Below, piece after piece: positions 1 to 11,111 of a DNA stretch of 64,000 bases (positions are counted from its first letter, which is position 1; each line of letters starts with the position of its first letter). Source of the DNA: Phoronis australis (lineage: Eukaryota > Animalia > Phoronida); assembly GCA_002633005.1 (NCBI GenBank), contig NMRA01000128.1, positions 731,482 to 795,481 of the forward strand. Direction: 5' to 3'. Below the pieces are notes generated by a model. That model was not told the DNA's origin. It saw only the letters and a program-made list of their open reading frames with translations, and did not search any database. Position numbers and translations under genes: made by a program.

Positions 1-881
1 TCAGCTGCGATAGAGTGGTGCTTTTAGTGTCTGACTACAGGGCAAATTCTCTATGTTCATAACTGCACTTGATTTACATATTGGATACGAGTGAACACGT
101 AATGCATTTTGTAGCGTCACGGCTACATGGATGTATTGAAGTCAAACTGTTGCTTGTAGAAAGGGGTTATAAGTTGAAATTACCTAGTATGTTTATATGA
201 AACACTGGTGTGAGTTGTATTTGTGTATGGCTCTATAGTTGGTCGATAAATATGTTGCAGAGTGTATGGAGACAGAATGTGACGAGGAGGGTATTCGACT
301 CTTGGAGGTGTACAAGATGTCACGCAGCAAACTTGGGTGTGTATATGTGTCTTAATAGTTGTAGAGACCAGTCTGTAGACCATGAAAAAGCATGTCACAA
401 GACCTTGCAAAATCATGCAAGTGAAAAGCCAGTGTTTTGCAAGTATGCTCGGGAGCTTATTAGGTTATCCTAGCAGAATGGTGGTTACTGAAGTGATTGG
501 TTGGCAAGGTTGAAATGTTGAATTGTCGAATTGAACTCACTATTTCTAGTCCGTAAGCGAAGAACTTTTTACTGCAATTGCAAGCTAATGTCTTACTGTC
601 TATGAATTACAACTCTGGACCTGGTTATGCTTAAAGCGATACAGCCATTGCCATGACAACTGGTGACCAGTGCATGACTTAATACTGGGTAGTACCAGTT
701 CTGTGGTATTTTTAGGTAGTAACAGCAGTTGTAGCAAGATAATGCAAAGTTTAGACTTCTGAAATATTTATACAATCGTCAGTATTGCTGCAGTAGGGAA
801 TTTCATTGTATTGATGCCTTTGAAGTTTAGTCTCCTGCAGTCAACCCCTTCTTTAACCCATATTATTTTACCTCTGTGCAG

Positions 882-1018
882 TTATGAGACATCTACTGGC
901 ATGCCCAGCTCTCACCAACTGGCTGCCCATGTCAGACAAGCCTGTCTGCCCTTCCTGCGCTGTGCTGCTATATTTTATCACCACGTCACTGGGGTGGCGC
1001 CGGCGATAGTCTTGTCAG
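882..1018 (+). CDS. UBR2: UBR1/2 exon (YETSTG...[24 protein letters not shown])
   Basis: Acceptor tgtgcag at 880-881, donor gt at 1019; lies within ORF 811..1116. Confidence 0.88.
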
Positions 1019-4000
1019 GTACTACTTTTTGGCTTAAAGCGATGTCTGGACACTACTTGTGTAACTTTTTACTTGTAAAAAAGAAACGATTAGTGTTTGA
1101 TTCACTGTGCTCTTAGGGTTTTGTGAATATTGGGAGAAATGAAATAACTTTCATGGGGAATGTCCAAGACATGCTTAGACTGATAATTGTGCATAAGCCT
1201 ATGGGCTTCTATAAGGATTTTAAAACGAATATAAATGTGCTTCCGTCACAAAAACGACTTGATTTAGACAACTTACTGTCATGAAATTGGTCTAAAAATC
1301 CTCAGTCAAACTTCATGTGATTTTAGAAGTGACAGTTCATTTCTGCTCGAGACCAAAGGGCCTGTTACATGAAAAGTTACTGGAGATTTAAGACAGAAAT
1401 ATGGTGTTAAGCTCCCAGTTGTCAATTATTGAATAAAGGGTTAGCTAGCACATCACAAGCTAGGAATACTTTGTACATATTATCTCAGTAACAATTATTG
1501 AATACATGGTTAGCTAGCACATCACAAGCTAGGAATACTTAATACATATTATCTCAGTAACAATTATTGAATAAAGGGCTAGCTAGCACATCACAAGCTA
1601 GGAATACTTAGTACATATTATCTCAGTAACAATTATTGAATAAAGGGTTAGCTAGCACATCACAAGCTAGGAATACTTTGTACATATTATCTCAGTAACT
1701 AGAAGTTAGAGACAGAAACTTTGTATTTTTGGTGAAGTCAGATTTAATTATTTTTCATACAGTTCTGTGGAGCATAAGACCAAATTTCTGACTTGATTCT
1801 TAAATCACTTTTCTTGAAACAGACCTCAGGTTCTGCAAGTTCGCTTGTCACGGCGTGACATTTTATGCACCGAACATGGTCTCAAGGCCGAACTTGTAAT
1901 GTCGTACTGAGAAGTGACTTGGTGTGACTTGGCCTTAAATTGAACATCTGCGACTGATGAGCATTTGTCTTTCAGAGGTGGGCGACCATTTTGAAACTCT
2001 CTGTCACTACCTGTGTCTGCCGTCGAACATTTCTGAACTGTTTGACGATTTACAGAAAGCTGATTTACTGGAAACGTGAGTGTTCTTACATACAAACATC
2101 ACTATACGAAATGCCTTGTTGTCTTCTATTGCCATAATTGAAATTCTGCCCATAGTGATGTGTTAATAATTTCTCATACTTTTTCACACTTCTTACTTTA
2201 ATAGATGTGTCTTCATTCAGGGTAATTAGTTTGTGGGATAATTTATGTTTTCTTGGTGACCACAGGTGGTGCTCTGATGAGCATCTCAAAACGCTCCTCT
2301 CTAGTCCAGGTAGTCATGTGCCCCAATATCCTCTGGAGGTCAACCAACTGGTGGCGCTACCGCATGACTACAGTGAACTCATCAACAGGGTGTCCTGTTT
2401 CACGTGAGTTTTGAGAGCGTCACTGTTTTTGTTGAGTTGTACTGAACTGGCCAAGATTACTTAAGAAGAAGTTTGTGGCCTATTGCCTTAATCTGTGGCC
2501 TTTTATTAGCAATATTGCTGACCTGTCAGAAATGTATTACACAGTAGTCTAAGAAAATTTCAGTTTTGTTTGACACTTTTGTTATGGTGCACTAAAGTAT
2601 TATAAAGTAATGTATCAAACTTGATCAGTCGCAAAAATCTTGAAAATAATTGGGAAAAATTAGACAATAATCAGTTGGAAGTTGGACAAATTTGAGTTGA
2701 TTCTTCACTGGACTCGTGTTATTTTATTATTTAACAAGTAGTCGGAATTGGCCAAAACATTTATCATGGATTAATTTAACTGTATGTGTCACCAGTCATT
2801 GATATTTCATTGGTTCATTTGGTATTCTGCCTTATTCTGAACTGACATGTAATCTGGCTGCATACGTTTGGTTTTACCAATTATTTGTTTTTCATTTACA
2901 AACCACTTCTCTCTGTACTTAGTTACATTTCTATGAAATTTGCAATAGGATGTCACTCTGCTATGGTCAATTTGCAATAGGATGTCACTCTGCTATGGTC
3001 AATTTGCAATAGGATGTCACTCTGCTATGGTCAATTTGCAATAGGATGTCACTCTGCTATGGTCAATTTGCAATAGGATGTCACTCTGCTATGGACACTT
3101 TTACACTTGGCAGGTGTCCCAGCTCAGATGGTGATGATAGTCGAGCGCCCACTATGTGTCTGGTCTGTGGTGACGTCCTGTGTTCTCAGAGCTACTGTTG
3201 TCAAACAGAGCTTGGAGGTAAAATAGTGGGAGCGGCAACCGCACATGCACATACTTGTGGTGCTGATATCGGATTATTTCTCAGGTAACACATTTTTATT
3301 TGTATTTATCTGTTGTCGGTACCAGGTTGTCCGTTAAGCCAAAAAACTGTAGCTTCGGCCCTTGTGCGAACTAGAGGCCTTGTATCGTCACCGCAGGGGC
3401 CCATAAATAATCTCGGCAAGGGAATGGCAGTTCGCCGACATGCCCTGAAAACCTCGCTCCAGCACCATGTGTGGTTTTACTGCTGCTCATGTTAAAAGCT
3501 TTATTACAGCGGTGGGAAATATTGTTAACTTACTCGAAAACATGTTTTTAACAGAAATTAGAGCATTTCAGAGCTTTCATATGCACCTTCTTTGTGCATT
3601 GCAAATGGCGAAGATGTTCAGGGTGCTCATTTTTTCAAACATTTCCTTTCACTAGAGTGAACAACACGGATGAACTTAACATTGAGTCTGTTAGGTGCTA
3701 TGCTAGTGATCCAGAAATGCATCAATACAATCCTGGTAGATAGTGAGACAGCTGCAAAGAAAACGGAAATTATCACTTGTGGGTGCGGTAGCTGTCAGAT
3801 CCATTCCAACAATTGATCCCAGCCATGCTCACCTTGATAGGAATATTTGCCACGGTGATTCTTCAAGGGATTTGGCAGATAGATATCAAAAGTGAATACT
3901 AAACTAATAAAATTGTCACTAGTCAGAATTGTCAAAATGGACAAGTGCTGTTCTCTCATGGGTATAACCTTGTTTGCCTAATTTCATGAAGATAAATCAC

Positions 4001-4232
4001 AAAACTATGTAGATACTGAGGCAAGCACACCAAATAAAATAGCTGCCAGGGTGCTTAGCAGTTTTCATAAAGTCAATGTCAGCCCAACTCTCATCAATAA
4101 CCTCATATCCCTCAAATTTCATGACAGAGCCATTTGAAATTTGGTGACATCCCCTGCTACAAATCGACCTGCCAAGTTTCTTAGAAATCTGTCAAGGGAA
4201 AAAAGTGAATTGCCACTGGTTGGCGTAGTAGT

Positions 4233-4308
<76 letters not shown>

Positions 4309-7004
4309 GTAGTAGCAGCCAAATTAATCTGAAAGTTGTCATATATAGCCATGTTCAAAGGAACACACATGCCAGATTTCATGAAGAGCTTGCAAGGAGT
4401 TTAGGAGACACACTTGTAGTGGTAAGACACCCAGATAGGAAGGACAGCAATATGTATGTGCACATGAATGCTGTTGTATGTGACTTCAAGTGATTGGTCA
4501 AGTTAGAACACTAGTTGTTTATTGTTTGCAATGTATCAAAAGAGGACACCTGTCAACGCTGTTATGATGACTGACCCCTTGTTACAGAGTGCGAGAATGT
4601 CAGGTTCTGTTGCTGTCAGGACAAACTAAGGGTTGTTTTTATGCTCCACCTTACCTGGATGATTACGGAGAAACAGACCAGGGTCTAAGGTAACATAGTC
4701 ATTAGAAGTCATAATTATTGAGTTGTAGTTTCAATGTGCCCACTAGTAACCCCATCTAGTGTCTGGTCATGGAACCAGCATGTTTCTAGTCTTGCTCATT
4801 AGAGTGCATAAGCTAAAATGAAGGGCAGGGACTCATCTAGGGGCCGTCCTTGGGACGGCCCTTTTAAAAAAATGACTGCTTTGGACGGCACGGCCAAGAC
4901 GGAAAAAAGACAGTCTGTTCCAAAACAGCCTCGGCGAAAATGAAGGTTAAATGAAGAATTTTAACATTTATTATTAATAAATTTCATTGAAACATACAAT
5001 TCATTGTTTAAGTTCGCTAAATATTAAGAAATAACTTGAAATTAGAAACTTTTGCCGTCCATTTTTACTATAAATGTCCCAATGACGATCAGCAAATACT
5101 GGCAGTCATCTTTGGGGAATACCTTCCTATTCTGTGACGTCAAGGTGACTTCATACGGAATCCCCCGCACGACTAGTGTCGAGAAATATTGCATCCAGCG
5201 CTAACTACCCGTACATGGACACTTAATCTTTGACATTGAAGAACCCAAACCCGGAGTTCAAAGGATTTGCCGTACCCCTAATGCTACTTGCCGACGCGGA
5301 AATTGAAGCGGCACTCGATATATTCGACGGAGCAGCCAATTTGAACGGAGAAGGTACACTTCGAAAAAAATGATACCCGACAAAATTCTAGCACTGACCT
5401 GCCGTGCAAATTCCATCAATGTCGTTGAACATGCAAACCAGATAAAACTTAGCGCAAACTTCCTTAATTTGTTCGCATAGCTCCGTTGCAACTCGAACGA
5501 ATGAATGAAAAAATATCAAAAAAATCCGCACGGCCGAACGACTTATATGGATGCGCGAGAATGCAGTGCAAACTTTACGAGAAAAAATGTGGTGTGTAAT
5601 GTTGGTTACGTATTCAATGAATAACTTAGCATGAAAATAAATGCCTCGAAATACTTCAACTTATTGTGGAATTCCATGATTATTGGGCGATTCGAGTTTA
5701 TCCTCTGTGTATGGCACTGCGTGCCGTATATGGAAAAAAGTAGGTCAGCCAGTCACGTGCACAGCACGTGTTACTTCGGCTGTGAACCAGGCCGGGAATT
5801 TGACTCTTAAACTGCGAGAAAAGAATGATTCTTTTTAAGAATAAATTTCTTGTAGCTTACCATGAAAGGCAGTGATTGAATTTCAACCTGGTAAGTTTCA
5901 ATTCAACAAAGCGTCCACTTAAAATGCACTGCAGAAGAACAACTATGATGTCCCCGGCGACCACTGGGTATGCTCGTAGCCAAACGACGTGAAATTTGCG
6001 AGTAAAGCACTCGGAAAAACGTTTAAGAAACGTAAAAATACGAATGCCAAATTCAAACTCAGAGTTTCGATGTTTTTTTGGTCACGATCCTTTACGAAGC
6101 CAAGTCCGGGTATACACGCGCGAGTGCACATACGCTGTCACTCCTATTTTCCAGCGGAGATTTTCGACCGTGTTGAGCACTGGTGATACTGATTTGTGAA
6201 TTTGTTGAGGATATGGTCTTGTTTTTGTAGATTCGTGAATTGCATTACTGTGCGATGTAACGAAACGTAGACATGTACTTTAGAATATATTTCTTCATGT
6301 CCTTTCGAATGCAACTTCATTGTCTTCTCACAATTTTAAGTGGTTTCTCAACTGCATTTTACTCTTCTCTTTTGAGAGCTTCAAGATACATCTTGAGTCC
6401 TGTACTCATGCTGTCTACATTATCTTACTAAAAAGATTTACTGATCTTAATTTTTGCAGTCTAGTGACAATACACACATCCTGAATGGAACAAACCTTCT
6501 AATTTTTGTTTAGTTTCCCTATGTGCCGTCCTTTGAACAAGAAAAAGACATCCAAACAGTGTGCTAAATAAAATGTAAGGAAACAACCCTTTTTATGTAA
6601 CAATTTTTTCCTCACCGGGTGGGGGAATTCCCCCACCTCCCCCCCATCAATGCTGCGCGCCTCAGATTTGCGCTTTGCACGACTCGTCAGTCTCACGATT
6701 TTGGACCCCCAATTTTCAAATCCTAGATGAGTCCCTGATGAAGTGATTTTTTTTCAGTCTTTTCCTGCGGAGATTATTCCATGTTTTGGAAGACTAAGGC
6801 ATAATATCTTGTTCTGAATTGCATGTAATGTTTCAACATCGAGGTTTTTATTCTTTTGCCAGGCGTGGTAACCCGTTACGCTTGTGCCCAGTCAGGCTCA
6901 AGAAACTGCACAAACTGTGGCTGAAGCATGGTATTCCAGAGGAGATCGCACACAGACTTGAGTCCAAGAGTAACCTGCTTCAGATTGACTGGCATCTGTT
7001 GTAA
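882..7004 (+). CDS. UBR2: E3 ubiquitin-protein ligase UBR1/UBR2 (N-recognin), last 6 coding exons; 5' part lies upstream of the window
   Basis: Exons 882-1018, 1976-2075, 2266-2403, 3114-3284, 4588-4689 and 6863-7004 have GT-AG boundaries and matching phases. The peptides [64 protein letters not shown] and terminal IDWHLL* match the UBR1/2 C-terminal domain. Confidence 0.95.
1423..1699. repeat. Minisatellite, 4 x 69 bp
   Basis: Unit caattattgaataaaggg...ctcagtaa at 1423, 1492, 1561 and 1630. Confidence 0.95.
1976..2075 (+). CDS. UBR2: UBR1/2 exon (EVGDHFETLCHYLCLPSNISELF...)
   Basis: Acceptor tttcag, donor gtgagt; phase 1 to 2; resembles the UBR2 motif FEHLCSYLSLP. Confidence 0.88.
2266..2403 (+). 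CDS. UBR2: UBR1/2 exon (WCSDEH...[19 protein letters not shown])
   Basis: Acceptor cacag, donor gtgagt; lies within ORF 2207..2407. Confidence 0.92.
2937..3094. repeat. Minisatellite, 5 x 32 bp
   Basis: aatttgcaataggatgtcactctgctatggtc at 2937, 2969, 3001, 3033 and 3065. Confidence 0.95.
3114..3284 (+). CDS. UBR2: UBR1/2 exon (CPSSDGDDSRAPTMCLVCG...GLFLR)
   Basis: Acceptor ggcag, donor gtaaca; Cys-rich UBR C-terminal motif. Confidence 0.95.
4225..4319. repeat. (GCA)n/(GTA)n trinucleotide microsatellite, intronic
   Basis: About 31 triplets; explains the spurious poly-Ala ORFs on both strands. Confidence 0.95.
4588..4689 (+). CDS. UBR2: UBR1/2 exon ([34 protein letters not shown])
   Basis: Acceptor ttacag, donor gtaaca; highly conserved YLDDYGETD motif. 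Confidence 0.95.
4826..6737. mobile_element. Non-autonomous hAT-type DNA transposon (1.9 kb) in the last UBR intron
   Basis: Perfect 16-bp TIRs CAGGGACTCATCTAGG / CCTAGATGAGTCCCTG; 8-bp TSD atgaaggg / atgaagtg (7 of 8 match); CpG-rich interior; no recognisable transposase ORF. Confidence 0.85.
6863..7004 (+). CDS. UBR2: UBR1/2 terminal coding exon (RGNPLRLC...IDWHLL*)
   Basis: Acceptor ttttgccag; stop TAA at 7002-7004. Confidence 0.95.
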
Positions 7005-8184
7005 CCAACTGCAGACTGAGGGCCATTTGTTTCTACTGGCAGCCGACTGACTGCTATCTATTGCAGAGTTAGGGCTGTTTGTCGCTGTATGTTGCCTATA
7101 TGTCACTGGGCCCCGTTTTATCATAGGTCATAAGCTGGTCTTAGCTAGGACGTCTGTAACTTTGTTTTTAATTTGCACACCATTCGTTGAAGTAGCCAGT
7201 GAAGGCACTCATTAAGTCTAAATATGAAAAATAACAACCTTAAGTATAAAGTTTTTGCTCTTTTAAAAATGCCTGGTGTTTGCGGTAATGTGCCTAGAAT
7301 GGTCTTAGCTACAACCTGATTTATGACCTCTGGTAAAACATTCACCAGGTCTTCAGATGTTACGTTGACTCTATTTGAGGTGATTTGAAATTCACAACGG
7401 CAGCGGAGTTGTTGACAGTTTATGGAGGCATAGTATGCGAGAAAAAATTGTTTTGTATACCCTTCAATATAGTAGCTGAAGACTAGTTTGGCTACTGATG
7501 TACACCCCTTCATATTGTGATGAATTTGCCTCGTGTGGCAGAAGTTGATAGTTTGTATTTATGCACTTATTATTGCATCATGTTAATGAGATGTTAATGA
7601 CAATATACTTATCCCTGTCCAGCGCATCTTGATGTGGCTGTTACATTTAACTTCGTGTGAGCACCATTTTTCTGTCAAAAAACAATCAGTTGTCTTAACT
7701 AAAATTAGTAAAGATACTCCTCGGTCCTAATTGCTGTCCGACATTATCAAAAAACTAGATAACACACACTTTTTCATATTTTCAGAGTATACACATAAAA
7801 CCTTTTTTTTTACTTAAAGTATCAGTGAAGCAAAACCCAGCAGTAAAGCAAGCAATGCAAACAACCCATCACTGAAAGAGTTAGAGCCAAACTGAGACAA
7901 GAACAGATGCTTCGAGTGCCTTGTTACTTGCATTGTTCACCCCATTGATGGGTTCTGTTTTCACTTATGGTGTTTTGAGATAAAACGAGAACAGACTTGT
8001 CAACTACTTGACATAATGTTAATGCGACGTCATCGAGATATGTGTATCACACACGTGTCATAGAGTTCATTGCATCAGTTTTATTTCACAGTTAACTAGT
8101 CAAACACATCACGTCCTGTCTTGGAGCTGCTTTTCAACTGTGTTACATGGAGTCTTTATTTCATAGAGACAAATAAGAGAAAAA

Positions 8185-8250
8185 ACCGGACGATCGCCGC
8201 ACAAATAAAGAAGTTCATGAACTTTTTTATTTGTGCGGCGATCCTCCGGT
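8185..8250. repeat. 66-bp near-perfect loopless palindrome
   Basis: accggacgatcgccgcacaaataaagaagttca|tgaacttttttatttgtgcggcgatcctccggt; 2 mismatches, one a G-U wobble. Confidence 0.95.
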
Positions 8251-10137
8251 ATTTAATCTTATTGTGGCCAAAAACTGATTTAAATTTAAATAAGAGAAAG
8301 CAGCTCAAGTATCCTTCAATGAATTGCCATTTCAATATTCTTGCCTCAACCTCAGTTCCTGGACTCCAATAGACACCGTTGACTTATTCATGTATTCTAT
8401 AGTACTGTAAAGTAAAATTTAAAGATTGTGATATTCTTTTGGAATAAATGGTGTTCTTTGACTATTTGAAACTCCGTGTAAATACAAATCTAGTCTTCTT
8501 TGGCTTTGAACTTCCATACTGTATGAAGTCAAATGAATGTGTTTTATCAAAATTTATGGTGATTTTTGATTAAACAATGTCACATGACTGTATACCAGTG
8601 AAAATATTTTTCAAATGAACATAGACAAAGACTGCAGATCACATGTGTTTAAAAATTGTCTACTATTTTGTCTAGTCTTACACAGTCAACTTTTAACATG
8701 AAAGGCCAGTTTGCTTGTACAAAATGAAATTGTATTTCTGTCATTTTTGATAAAGCTGGTAGAAAGTTCAATAGGTTTTACTGTATTTATGATTTGTTTT
8801 GTTTGTTTTTTGCTTTAGGTGTGTTTTGTTCATTTAATGTTATTCTTCATCATAATCCATTGTGTTTTTTTTTCTAATAATTGTTTGCTGTATCATTGGA
8901 ATGTTCTTGCTCACAAAATGTCTTTACTTAGTGTACAATTGTTTTCATCACTCATGTTTGCCAAATAAATAACATTGAGTTTTGTTAAGCCCCAAAGGCA
9001 AAAATCTTTAAGACTGTTTCAACACAAGTGCCACTTATGGCGAGCATAATGATGAAAGTCTTCAGGTATCACAGACTATATAGCATATGTAGGCAGACAT
9101 TCAATTTTGTAAATTCTTAGTTGCTTAATTTTGTTCTTTGTTGACTGAAATTGTGCAACAAAAATATAAAGCTATTGGTCAGCGTCTCACGGCTGTTTTG
9201 AAATATATTGTTCACTAGGCATTTCAATCCGTAAGACCACTGCTGTGGAATGAAAAAGAATTGAGGGTTATTGATTGGAGTCGTTCTTTGATATGACAAG
9301 TCTTAAGCTTTCACGTGATCATTCAAAAATTAACACTTCATAAATTGTTTCGTAATATATTGTAATTACAACGTCCAATAAAAGTTTGAACTGACATTAT
9401 TCAATATCTACCTGCCTACAACAGGTTTCTAAAAGTACAAATCAAAATACATCTTCTATGTGACAAGAAACTTACGTCGACACCCAAACCGGTGGATATT
9501 GGGCAACTACCGGTTTGCCTATCTCAGGAATTGCTGGTTTAAAGACCTCATGCTGTTGTGGTTTTTTAAATTGCCTCAAGCTGCTGATGTTATCCTTCTT
9601 AGATATTCCCACCCCTCCATAAACACACCGGGGTAGACAATTTTTTTTTAATTTTTGATTTGAAAGTTTTTTAATAGGATATTTGAATCGTTCTTGAAAA
9701 GTAGACATTGTTAGGTTTTTGAATTTTTAAAATCAGACAATAAATGTGACTTTTAGCCTGTGAATTCCGAATGTTGCCCAGAGCTCGCGTGTAGTCCAGC
9801 CAATATTGTGTGCCTCATTAATTCTGTGGGATGTGCAACACAATGGCCAATTACCAAACCAGCAGAGAGTGTTGGATTCTGAGGTAGGCCAAGTGTCATC
9901 TTACAATTCTTGGCATGTAGTTGAAGTCCCAAAATCTGGAGTCATTTCCAACTCCAACTTAGATTTTGATATTTTCTGTTCTACTTTGTTATGAACTCAA
10001 CTGTCTATGATTTTGTACTGCAATACATGGTATGAGTCGATGAGAGGATAATCTAACTTGGCAGCTGACTCCAAAATTCAAACTAGCTACAAACTCTGAC
10101 TCAAATTTAAGATTTCCCAATATTTACGCTTAAAAAT

Positions 10138-10259
10138 CGGGGATGGATCCAGGATTTTTGCCCATCAGGCATACGGAGCCCCGAACTGCCAGATGGAATC
10201 TGGGAGAATTTTAGGGGGGGGGGGCATGGCCTCCTTGGCTCCCCTCTAAATCTGCCACT
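10138..10259. mobile_element. Degenerate short hAT-like MITE
   Basis: ggatggatccagga...G-run...cccctctaaatctgccact resembles the CAGTGGCGGAT-type MITE ends; TSD not clear. Confidence 0.45.
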
Positions 10260-10311
10260 AACAATGGAATTTGGTACATAAATCAGGAAAACTTGTTGAA
10301 TTCATCCTTAA

Positions 10312-10619
10312 AGTGGCTATAAACCCAACTTATTTACAAAAAATAACTTGATTTAGACACTTCCTGTAATTGAATTGGTCTCACATTGTCCCCTGTCCAA
10401 AATAGTTATGATCTTAGGCTGAGAGAGAACTGACAGTTAACTATTGCTCGAGACCAGGCTGTTCAATTTGATTTGTCACAGCGTGTCATTTTATTTGCTG
10501 ACCATGGTCTTGAGCAATCCTGAACTGTCCATTCTTTTCTCAGTAAGGAGCAAGTTAAGATCACTTTTATAGTGGTTAGTGGTCAGAAGTTGAAGATGGA
10601 ACGTGGGTTTACTGCCACT
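10312..10619. mobile_element. Kolobok-like foldback MITE
   Basis: TTAA|AGTGGCTATAAACCCA ... TGGGTTTACTGCCACT|TTCA (16-bp TIR with 2 mismatches; TTAA TSD with one change). Internal inverted segments ttgctcgagacca / tggtcttgagcaa. A related sequence lies at about 1245-1355. Confidence 0.7.
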
Positions 10620-11006
10620 TTCAGAAGAACAACATCAGATTAAACTAAGTTCTTTGGTATTGTCCATGTTTGGAGAAGTGGAGTAGAAATTACGATAAGC
10701 AAACTCTACATCTTACACATTTGGCACGTAATCATTTGAGATGAGAATTGCGAGCACTTTGCCGAACGGTTAAATTGCTAAAACTTGTGTCCTTTCATTT
10801 ATAATAAAAAAATAACATTAATACTTTAACTTATTTTGGATGAAAACTTAATCAACACAGGCTGCAAAATCAATCCAGTTCATTTCCATAATTGAGAACA
10901 CCCAGAGAAGTTAAACCATTCATCCATGACACCAAATGTTCTTCCATATCACTTGCGGTGACCTTGGTTGAATAATGACCTTGATGCCGATTATCTTGTT
11001 GGTATG

Positions 11007-11111
11007 TCAAGTGTTGCAGAATTTCTTTATTTGCTCCTCAATCTCATGAAGACTCTTCAACATTGTGTTCAGTTTGTTTTCATCCATTTCAAAGCGTACT
11101 GTATCCACTGC
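11007..11111 (-). CDS. COMMD1: COMMD1 exon 3
   Basis: Acceptor TTGCAG, AVDTVRFEMDE...KKFCNT, stop TGA. Confidence 0.92.
   Translation of the reverse strand, partial: AVDTVRFEMDENKLNTMLKSLHEIEEQIKKFCNT

Noticed and set aside
4119-4382. Poly-alanine ORFs on both strands
   Set aside because: They arise from an intronic (GCA)n microsatellite, and the UBR exon chain is complete without them.
10920-11009. Stop-codon readthrough of COMMD1 (TGA-C, about 28 further codons)
   Set aside because: The context is TGA CAT rather than the TGA CTAG readthrough motif, and there is no evidence of conservation.
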